Virus record (IMG/VR): IMGVR_UViG_3300048881_000515
Location: 1 to 34,954 of that record
DNA: 34,954 bases
Source of the DNA: a virus
Taxonomy: Duplodnaviria > Caudoviricetes
Reading direction: 5' to 3' (one strand)
This document shows, in pieces, positions 8,888 through 16,696 of the stretch. Numbering within the stretch: position 1 is the first letter of the stretch; each line of letters begins with the position of its first letter. The notes beneath the pieces are model-generated. The model made no database searches and was not told the origin of the DNA. It saw nothing but the letters and a program-made list of their open reading frames with translations. Both the position numbers and the translations under genes were made by a program.

Positions 8888-11413
8888 ATGTCCCTTTTTA
8901 GGCTTGACAAAAATTACTTTGACAGTTTCAAGATTCTCACAAAGCCCAAACGAACGTTTACGTCTGGCTCGGAGGGAATAAATGGCTCAGTCAGTGTCTT
9001 TCCGCTCCAATCGATTGGCGCGAAAGAAGTACCCTTAGTCTCCGGTGATGATTCTGTTAGTGATGACTCGCTGGAAGATTATCGGCAGTCTGTTGTTTCT
9101 GATATTACAAACACTACCGCAAGTTGTGATGCTGCTTTTTATGAAGACATTGATCTTTATATGTCCAAAGTTAATTCAGCTAGTCTTTCTGTCCGACGAG
9201 CGAAAGCTGTGGAGATACTACGTTTTGAGCCTTCGTTTAAATTTACGAGTGACACATTACGAAAGCGCGTAATCCAGGAAGTACTTTTTCCGTTTTATCG
9301 ACCGCAGTATGGGTCAACATGTAATTGGGCGTTTACGAATTACCATACTCTAAACTTCTTTGACACAGATGAAACAGATCCCATTCCGTTCAAGGCTAGA
9401 ATTCCATCCAGTTCTGTCTTGATGTATCCATCCCCGCACAAGGCATCGATGGGGTGGAACCAACAGCGCTATCGACCCACGGGTTCTTTCTCATTTGAAT
9501 TTTATATCAATCCGCGATATTCGACATTCGAACGTGGAGGAGTCTTTAAGGCCGGCACTATATTTCATATGTCAAGCTCTTTCTCGTTGTCACTAGTGTC
9601 CGGCAGCTCTACCGACCCGAATGGTTACTTGGATGGGTACAGGTTATTATTGCAGCTTTCACACAGCGCTGACATCCCACCATCACAAATAAGAGTGGGA
9701 AGTTCAGAGTACAGTGCTAAGGCTGGCCACCTGATCTTTTCGTCATCCAATAATTCTCTCAAGAAAAACAAGTGGCATTATTGCTGCGTTCGCTGGGGTC
9801 GGCATGATCAAAATTCTTCCGGCTCATTTTTCATCGATGGAGAAAACCGGGGCGAGTTTCTGATCAAGAACACATTCCTAACAGCAAGCGGTTTGACTCA
9901 ATCTGGGAGCTGGCTGCAGGCCACATCATTCCCACCAATACCTACAGGTCCTGGGGCGCCCTCGAACAAGGGCGAACGGGGTACCCCTGATGTGTTATTC
10001 ATGGGGAATTATTACGAAGGTCCGAACAATGATTCCGGCGATGATGAGTCTTATATCGCGCAATTCTTTAATCCAGCTATAGCATATACTGATGGCGTGG
10101 AGAATTTTTATCCGACGGTCAGCGCGGATTCTGATGATGGCTTGGCGCTCGCGCGGGGTCCAGATGAATCTATGTTCCGGCATCCGCTACAAGCTGAATT
10201 ACATGAGATAAAGATTTACAGTCGGTATCGAAATGACGGGGAGATCTTAACTTCTAGTGCTGAGGGAATTGAAAACGTTTATTCAGCATCTCAGGATGGG
10301 CTGATGTTTTATGTACCTCCGTTCTTTGTGAAAGATACTCGGAACAGAGAGATATTTCAGACACCATTTCAGACAGTATACGGTTCAACTGATGATCCGT
10401 TTAATGTACCGCTATCATTTGGCGTTGGTGGACACTATCTTAATCTAGAGAATTTCACCAAGGAGCTTGTGAAGAAGCAGTGGCCCCGCCTGTTCGCATT
10501 GTCTGGAAGCACGATCGACACCGATTCCGGTTGGCAAAGCTGCAATTATTTCTTGTTCTCAACCGGCAGTGTGCGTAAGCGAAACCTTACAATCCTTCCT
10601 TGTGATAACGGTAGGTTCAGCCAGAATTTCCAGCTTTTGGAGCAGATGGTAACATCATCAAATTCTTTAAGTCTATTTGTAAATGATCGTGGTCAAAAGA
10701 TGTTAAGCCTGATCAGTCTTAATAACCTATTACCCACCGGTTCGATTGGCGAGGGACTGCTGGGTACTGAGACCCCGGGGTCCATATCTGAGGCCTTAGC
10801 TGGCCCGTCACCTGACGATCCGTCAGTACCTGCTGGTGCAATCTTAACAATATACAACAGGACTCGTGATCCATCGTCAAATGAAGTTGCATTTTTTGAT
10901 GCAAGCAATCTTTTTTATGGTAATAAAATCGATCCAGGTTCTTATATCATTCGTGACCCATTTATCACGGGATCAGGGGGGCGGGTCAAAATTACTTTAA
11001 GAGATAATGAGCGAGGAAACCTCTATCGATGTGATGCCACGGGTAGCCATCCAGCATGGTCCACAGTGGGCACATTAATGTACGAAGAAGGTCTCGCGGT
11101 CATCAAGACACCTGTAATCCCACGGTTTGGCAGAGATAAATTTGAAGTCAGCTTGACCGGACAACAGAATATCCACACCTTGAGGATGAGTGTTCCCGCT
11201 GAGGAGGGCAATCTAGATCTTTCAGTTAATCCTACCTTCCAGAGCTTGGCTCCCTCGGGTTTGACGGCTGATGCGCTTTCTGATTTTACCTACATTACAA
11301 ACGTTAACTTTTTAGATGAAAATCTTAATGTTATATGTAAATCTAATTTCTCTCAAGCAATTGTGAAGAGGGTTGATGATAGGTTTGTCGTAAGAGTTAA
11401 GCTGGATTTTTAG
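8888..11413 (+). CDS. Putative baseplate/tail protein with a LamG/concanavalin-A-like lectin domain (841 aa)
   Basis: 'SFSFEFYINP...KWHYCCVRW...FFIDGE...LFMGN...LHEIKIYSRYR...EI' matches the LamG-like pattern. The C-terminal domain ends 'VRVKLDF', like the upstream gene. Confidence 0.6.
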   Translation: MSLFRLDKNYFDSFKILTKPKRTFTSGSEGINGSVSVFPLQSIGAKEVPLVSGDDSVSDDSLEDYRQSVVSDITNTTASCDAAFYEDIDLYMSKVNSASLSVRRAKAVEILRFEPSFKFTSDTLRKRVIQEVLFPFYRPQYGSTCNWAFTNYHTLNFFDTDETDPIPFKARIPSSSVLMYPSPHKASMGWNQQRYRPTGSFSFEFYINPRYSTFERGGVFKAGTIFHMSSSFSLSLVSGSSTDPNGYLDGYRLLLQLSHSADIPPSQIRVGSSEYSAKAGHLIFSSSNNSLKKNKWHYCCVRWGRHDQNSSGSFFIDGENRGEFLIKNTFLTASGLTQSGSWLQATSFPPIPTGPGAPSNKGERGTPDVLFMGNYYEGPNNDSGDDESYIAQFFNPAIAYTDGVENFYPTVSADSDDGLALARGPDESMFRHPLQAELHEIKIYSRYRNDGEILTSSAEGIENVYSASQDGLMFYVPPFFVKDTRNREIFQTPFQTVYGSTDDPFNVPLSFGVGGHYLNLENFTKELVKKQWPRLFALSGSTIDTDSGWQSCNYFLFSTGSVRKRNLTILPCDNGRFSQNFQLLEQMVTSSNSLSLFVNDRGQKMLSLISLNNLLPTGSIGEGLLGTETPGSISEALAGPSPDDPSVPAGAILTIYNRTRDPSSNEVAFFDASNLFYGNKIDPGSYIIRDPFITGSGGRVKITLRDNERGNLYRCDATGSHPAWSTVGTLMYEEGLAVIKTPVIPRFGRDKFEVSLTGQQNIHTLRMSVPAEEGNLDLSVNPTFQSLAPSGLTADALSDFTYITNVNFLDENLNVICKSNFSQAIVKRVDDRFVVRVKLDF

Positions 11414-11964
11414 TGGCATTTATTCTTGGGTTAGATATCTCGACATCGAATGTCGGGTGGTGCATTTTGGACGAAAATTCCGGCAGATTTATTGACGCCG
11501 CCGCCGTGTTGCTTAGCAAAATAAAGTGCGTGTTTCAGAAAGCTGAGGAGGTCCGCGTCCAGTTGGAGTACCTGAATTCAAAATATGATATTCGTAGTAT
11601 AACGATTGAAGAAAACCTTCAGGCATTCCGTCCCGGCTTTTCTAGCGCAAAAACAATTGTGACGCTAGCAAGATTCAATGGGATGGTGAGCTTGATGTCG
11701 TATGATGTCTTTGGAATGTCTCCAGCATTTATCAATGTTAATCATGCGAGGAAAGTGGTTGGTCTAAAGATTGACAGAAAAGCAGAAGCAACCACAAAGG
11801 AACAAGTTTTAGATTTCGCAAGAAGAAGAATAACTGATAATTTTCAGTGGCCCATGCGGACTATTAAGTCTGGGAAGCGGAAGGGTCTTGTACTCTTTGC
11901 CGACAGCTGTTATGATATATCAGATGCATATGTTATTGCTTCTTCTTGCGTGAAAAATGAGTGA
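11413..11964 (+). CDS. ruvC: RuvC-like Holliday junction resolvase (RNase H fold)
   Basis: 'ILGLDISTSNVGWCILD' (catalytic Asp in beta1), 'ITIEE' (catalytic Glu) and C-terminal 'DISDAYVIA' (DxxDA). The GTG start overlaps the upstream TAG. Confidence 0.8.
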   Translation: MAFILGLDISTSNVGWCILDENSGRFIDAAAVLLSKIKCVFQKAEEVRVQLEYLNSKYDIRSITIEENLQAFRPGFSSAKTIVTLARFNGMVSLMSYDVFGMSPAFINVNHARKVVGLKIDRKAEATTKEQVLDFARRRITDNFQWPMRTIKSGKRKGLVLFADSCYDISDAYVIASSCVKNE

Positions 11965-12931
11965 CGACCACCTAATAAGAAAAAGAATTGATTTGATTCA
12001 GAGGGCCTTTGGTACCTCAATACTCGATCGTGATGGCGTCAATGTTGCTGTGGGTTGTGTCAATAAAAATTGCTCTTCATTTGGGAAGCTAGTAAAAAAG
12101 AAGCTCACCCTCCGCGTGGACAATGAATTTTATCATTGTTGGGTTTGCGGCTTACGGGGAAAGGGTCTCGCTTATTTCTTTAGACGCTACAAACCGCGTT
12201 ATAGTCACCCCGCTTCTGAGATTTTTGAAAAGAAGCTTGCAGATAAGAAAGAAGAAGAATTACCACCGATCCAGCTTCCTGAAAATTTTAAGTTGTTGGC
12301 CGAGGTGAATCGAAGTGCAGATCCTGACTTAAGGGCATCTATGAACTATCTTCTTAAGCGGGGGTTCTCAGACAAGGACTTGTGGTATTTTAGACTCGGT
12401 GGAGTGTCATCAGGCAGATATCGTCGTCGAATAATCATTCCATCATTTGATGGTGAGGGTGAGTTAAATTACTTTACTGCACGTGCGATCGATCAAGATG
12501 TTGGCCGGAAATATATCAATCCTCGCATCAAGCGGAGCGAGGTGATTTTTAATGAGATGAACATTGACTGGAAGAGCGAACTTACGATTGTGGAAGGGCC
12601 GTTTGACTTGATGAAAGCCAATCAAAATTGTACATGCTTACTGGGCAGCTCTTTAAGTGAAAAACATTTTTTGTTTCAGAGAATCGTTGCGAATAAAACT
12701 CCGGTACTGCTTGCCTTAGATCCAGATGCAAGTAGGAAGACACAGGATATTGCGAAGTTACTAAATTCTTTTGACGTTGATGTGCGGGTGGTGGACGTAT
12801 CACCGTATAGCGATGTAGGAGAAATGGCGCTTGGTACATTCCAGAAATACAAGGACAGCGCAAAGGCGTGGTCAGAGATGGATAGATTGAAAAATATGAT
12901 TAGCAGAATTAAGTCTGGATCATTGATATGA
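11957..12931 (+). CDS. DnaG-type DNA primase (Zn-binding domain plus TOPRIM)
   Basis: N-terminal Cys/His cluster 'C...C...YHCWVCG', 'YLLKRG', 'RIIIP...YFTARAI...KYINP', and TOPRIM motifs 'IVEGPFD' and 'LALDPD'. Confidence 0.85.
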   Translation: MSDDHLIRKRIDLIQRAFGTSILDRDGVNVAVGCVNKNCSSFGKLVKKKLTLRVDNEFYHCWVCGLRGKGLAYFFRRYKPRYSHPASEIFEKKLADKKEEELPPIQLPENFKLLAEVNRSADPDLRASMNYLLKRGFSDKDLWYFRLGGVSSGRYRRRIIIPSFDGEGELNYFTARAIDQDVGRKYINPRIKRSEVIFNEMNIDWKSELTIVEGPFDLMKANQNCTCLLGSSLSEKHFLFQRIVANKTPVLLALDPDASRKTQDIAKLLNSFDVDVRVVDVSPYSDVGEMALGTFQKYKDSAKAWSEMDRLKNMISRIKSGSLI

Positions 12932-12943
12932 GGGGATCGCATT

Positions 12944-15900
12944 TTGTCATTTAGATGCGCGCATTTTGCGGATATACATTTTCGTGGCTTAAGTCGCCAC
13001 GATGAATACAGGAAAGTATTTGAACAGTCATTTGAGAAATTACGTGGACTAAAGCCAGACGTTATTTTTTTGGGCGGAGACATTGTTCATTCGAAAACTC
13101 AAGGGATTAGTCCAGAGCTTATCGAGATTTTGCGGTGGTGGTTTACATCGCTTGCAGAGATCGCACCAGTTCATGTGATCCTGGGAAATCATGACGGTCT
13201 AATGATGAATGAGGACCGCTTAGACGCGATAACTCCAATTGTCAATGCCCTGAATGACCCTCGGATCATGTTAATGAAAGGGACTGGTGTATACCCAACT
13301 GGAGTGGAGGGGTACAACTGGTGTACGTTCTGCTGCTTTGATGTGAAAGCCTGGCCTACGCTGTCTCCACCAAGTAAAGGTATCAACCTTGCGCTTTTTC
13401 ATGGACCCGTTAATGGCTCGTTGACCGATCAAGATTGGGAAATAAATGGCGACACGATTAAGGTAGATTTTTTCAAAGATTATGATTTTGCGCTATTGGG
13501 AGACATTCACAAGCGACAATTTTTAACAGACACAATAGCATATCCGGGTTCCACAATCCAGCAAAATTATGGCGAGAATGTAGAGAAGGGATTTTTGTTT
13601 TGGGATATTGAAGATAGGTCTTCCTTTACGGTAGACTTTATTCCTCTTCATAACCCAAGCGCATTCCGGACGATTGAGTGGAAGGGTGATGTTGTTGAAA
13701 CGCTGGAACAAATCCCAGAGGCCTGGACTGGCTCCCGGTTTAGGATTGCGCATAAAGGGATTAATCAGCTGGACTTTAAGCAGTTACAGTCGGCATTGAA
13801 AGAAAAGTTTGATGCTTGTGAGGTTGTTTCAAAAAATGAATCTTCTGCGTTTACTGGCTCCGAATTGGAGATCACCACTAGCATTGGAAAAATTAGTAGA
13901 AATGATTTGCGGAATTTCTCGCAGCAGGACAAACTTATGTCTGATTTTGTTACCAAGCTAGAGATGTCCGATGAGGATAGGGATCTTCTAAGAAAGCTAC
14001 ATAAAGATATATTCAAACGCTGCGTCCAGCAGGTTGCAAATAAGTCTCATCAGTGGCGTTTGCGAAAGTTGACATTTGATAACACATTTGGGTATGGTGA
14101 AGGAAACATCATTGACTTTGATGCTCTGAGTGGAATTACTGGGATCTTTGGAAAGAATCGATGCGGGAAATCATCAATCCCTGGAACATTGGTGTATTCT
14201 TTATTCAATTCAACAGATCGTGGTGTCATAAAGAATATGCATGTCATCAATAATCGCAAGACTTTCTGCCGTGCCACAACAGATTTTTCGGTGGGTGGAG
14301 AAATGTATCGATCAGAGAGACAAACGGTGAAGAGGACAACTCGAAAAGGAAGTGTCTCTGCACCCACTCACCTAAATTTATTCAAGTTAGGTGCAGACGG
14401 GGAACCGATTGAAGACAACACTGGTGAGCAAAGAAGAGAGACAGAAAAGATGCTCCGATCATTAGTGGGAAGTGTCGAAGATTTTTTGATGACATCCTTT
14501 GCTTCTCAGGGAGAGATGAATGCGTTTATTCGGGAGGGCTCAACTAGTCGAAAGGCAATATTAACCAGATTCCTCGACCTGCAAATGTTCGATGACATGC
14601 TTAAAATCGCTAAAAATGAAATATCAGAATTAAGGGGTGAAATGAAGACGGCCCCAGATAAAAACTGGAGCATTTTGATAGAAGAGCAGCAAGAATTGCT
14701 GGATGATTTTAAGAAAGAAAAACTGGAGATTGAAGACGAGCTTAATGAGTTAAAAGAGAAGCGAGATGATTTGAAAATTAAGCTGGCTGCTTTACCCTCA
14801 TCAGAGATGTATACAAAAAAGCAGATTCAAGAACAAGTCATTAAGCTCAACTCTTTAGAAATCAAAAGAGCCGCGCTAGAGAAAAAGATAATAGAGTTGT
14901 CGACAGAGCGAGATGCTATTTCGAAACGTCTGGAAAAAATCGATACCATAAAAAACCAATTTCCTATTGACGAATTGCGAGAGCAATCAACGCTTAAGAG
15001 CGAATTGAGAAACCAATGCGAGCTAGTTGAAGCCGGCCTGAACTTGGAAATTCAAAAATTGAATTCAAAGAAGAAGCTTGCCAAAAAATTGGAGAGTGTG
15101 CCTTGCGGGGATCAGTTCCCGAAATGTCCCTACATCAAGGATGCTCATAAGAGCTCTAAAGAGCTAGACGGCCAAAGAGAGGTTGTTGCAAGCATTCGCA
15201 AAGAACTCCGTGCTGTGAAGACTAGCCTTGAGGCTTTGATTCAAGCCGGAATAGATGCCAAGCTAGGAAAATATGAGCAGATTTTATCTCAAGGGCAAGA
15301 CTTAAAGCTAGAAAATTCTGAGATGAAACTAGCAATGAAGGAGCTTGAATCCTCTCACCAAGAGGCAGAGACATCATTGACTTCTGGCAAAGAAGCCCTC
15401 CGTGAGATGAGACTCCGCTCCGTGGACGAAGAGAAGGACACAGAAGTAGTAAAAATGCAGCAAGATTTATCTGCGATTGAAGATCGTATTTCTGAACTAG
15501 ACGGTTCTCGGTTATACTTGGCTGAGCAAATCAGCGTGACGCGCCAAAATTGCACAAACCTTGCTGAGGAGAAAACAAGATTTGGAGACATCAAGTCCAG
15601 GTGGGAAACCTATACTACATTTATGCAAGCTGTGGACAAGAAAGGAATTCCATTGACGATCCTATCGCTTCAGCTTCCACAAATCAATGCTGAGCTCACC
15701 AAGATCCTGCAGGGTGTTGTTAATTTTGAGCTTTCACTGGAAGCTGCAGCTGACTCTAATAACATGGACATCTTTATAGACTATGGAGACTCAAAAAGAA
15801 TTATTGAGTGTGGCTCCGGGATGGAGAAGATGATTGCATCTCTTGCACTGCGGGTAGCTTTGATAAACATATGTAATGCTCCAAGGAGTGATGTTCTCAT

Positions 15901-16090
15901 TATTGATGAAGGCTTTGGGGCTCTGGATGATAAAAATATAGAAGCCTGTTCACGGCTCTTGATTTCTCTCAAAAAGTATTTTTCGAACATTCTCATCATT
16001 TCTCACGTTGATGCCGTGAAAGATATTGTTGATAATGTTTTAGATATTCAACCAGTCGGCAAAGACTCGAGAGTCATGTATGCAGGATAA
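12944..16090 (+). CDS. Fused SbcD/Mre11-like nuclease and SbcC/Rad50-like SMC ATPase (T4 gp47+gp46 equivalent), 1048 aa, TTG start
   Basis: Metallophosphoesterase motifs 'ADIH', 'GGDIVH', 'GNHD', 'HG', 'GDIH', followed in the same ORF by Walker A 'GKNRCGKSS', Q-loop 'SQGE', a long coiled coil with a central Cys pair, signature-like 'SGMEK', Walker B/D-loop 'LIIDEGFGALD' and H-loop 'ISH'. SD GAGGGG upstream. Confidence 0.9.
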   Translation: MSFRCAHFADIHFRGLSRHDEYRKVFEQSFEKLRGLKPDVIFLGGDIVHSKTQGISPELIEILRWWFTSLAEIAPVHVILGNHDGLMMNEDRLDAITPIVNALNDPRIMLMKGTGVYPTGVEGYNWCTFCCFDVKAWPTLSPPSKGINLALFHGPVNGSLTDQDWEINGDTIKVDFFKDYDFALLGDIHKRQFLTDTIAYPGSTIQQNYGENVEKGFLFWDIEDRSSFTVDFIPLHNPSAFRTIEWKGDVVETLEQIPEAWTGSRFRIAHKGINQLDFKQLQSALKEKFDACEVVSKNESSAFTGSELEITTSIGKISRNDLRNFSQQDKLMSDFVTKLEMSDEDRDLLRKLHKDIFKRCVQQVANKSHQWRLRKLTFDNTFGYGEGNIIDFDALSGITGIFGKNRCGKSSIPGTLVYSLFNSTDRGVIKNMHVINNRKTFCRATTDFSVGGEMYRSERQTVKRTTRKGSVSAPTHLNLFKLGADGEPIEDNTGEQRRETEKMLRSLVGSVEDFLMTSFASQGEMNAFIREGSTSRKAILTRFLDLQMFDDMLKIAKNEISELRGEMKTAPDKNWSILIEEQQELLDDFKKEKLEIEDELNELKEKRDDLKIKLAALPSSEMYTKKQIQEQVIKLNSLEIKRAALEKKIIELSTERDAISKRLEKIDTIKNQFPIDELREQSTLKSELRNQCELVEAGLNLEIQKLNSKKKLAKKLESVPCGDQFPKCPYIKDAHKSSKELDGQREVVASIRKELRAVKTSLEALIQAGIDAKLGKYEQILSQGQDLKLENSEMKLAMKELESSHQEAETSLTSGKEALREMRLRSVDEEKDTEVVKMQQDLSAIEDRISELDGSRLYLAEQISVTRQNCTNLAEEKTRFGDIKSRWETYTTFMQAVDKKGIPLTILSLQLPQINAELTKILQGVVNFELSLEAAADSNNMDIFIDYGDSKRIIECGSGMEKMIASLALRVALINICNAPRSDVLIIDEGFGALDDKNIEACSRLLISLKKYFSNILIISHVDAVKDIVDNVLDIQPVGKDSRVMYAG

Positions 16091-16319
16091 TGATTTTTTT
16101 GTGCCGCTTGATTGTCCTATCTGTCAAATGATAATGAGGGACATGCGGGACTCTGTGCAATACTTAGAATCCAAGTGCTGTATCCAGTGCTGGATCTCGC
16201 TTGTAGAACCCTTAAGAAAATTAAAGAAGAATGAGAGTTTTTCCCCAACAGAAGAAGATATTTCGAGCTATAGAGAAAAGTTAGTTCAAAATGAGATAAT
16301 TAAAAGTGAGGAGCTTTAG
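16080..16319 (+). CDS. Small putative zinc-finger protein (79 aa)
   Basis: 'CPIC' and 'CIQC' pairs. Overlaps the end of the SbcCD gene and fills the gap to the next gene. Confidence 0.6.
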   Translation: MQDNDFFVPLDCPICQMIMRDMRDSVQYLESKCCIQCWISLVEPLRKLKKNESFSPTEEDISSYREKLVQNEIIKSEEL

Positions 16320-16321
16320 AC

Positions 16322-16690
16322 ATGTTAACAGTAGAAGAAGTCAGAGCATTGGGTGAATGCTTAAACACGACCTGGGGCAGATCAAGTAGCAATTTGAAAG
16401 TGACCCACCAACTCGCTGGAGATCGGTTGGATCTTCAAATGCAGACTATTGTTCATTTTGATGGCCAACGGTCTTTGAATCCGCAAGTTGCCAGAGAGCG
16501 AGACATCGCGAACTCTATTTTTACTGATGCTCTTAAAAAAGTCAAAGCTGACTTTAAAGACACTGTTGGTAGAGCCTTAACTCTCAAAGAGGTATCCAGG
16601 GATGATGACATTGAAGTAATTCAAGCCACGTCAGTCAGTCCCAGAAAGATAGCTTATTATCGGTGCTTGTTGAGACTTGAAGTAAGTTGA
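16322..16690 (+). CDS. Hypothetical protein (122 aa) directly upstream of the large terminase
   Basis: SD GAGGAG, co-oriented and tightly packed. Function not recognised. Confidence 0.6.
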   Translation: MLTVEEVRALGECLNTTWGRSSSNLKVTHQLAGDRLDLQMQTIVHFDGQRSLNPQVARERDIANSIFTDALKKVKADFKDTVGRALTLKEVSRDDDIEVIQATSVSPRKIAYYRCLLRLEVS

Positions 16691-16696
16691 GGTCGT

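Noticed and set aside
11413-11964. RuvC-fold gene as a TnpB/Cas12-like or transposase nuclease
   Set aside because: Only 183 aa with a plain resolvase motif layout, and no zinc ribbon, flanking repeats, ncRNA space or CRISPR array.
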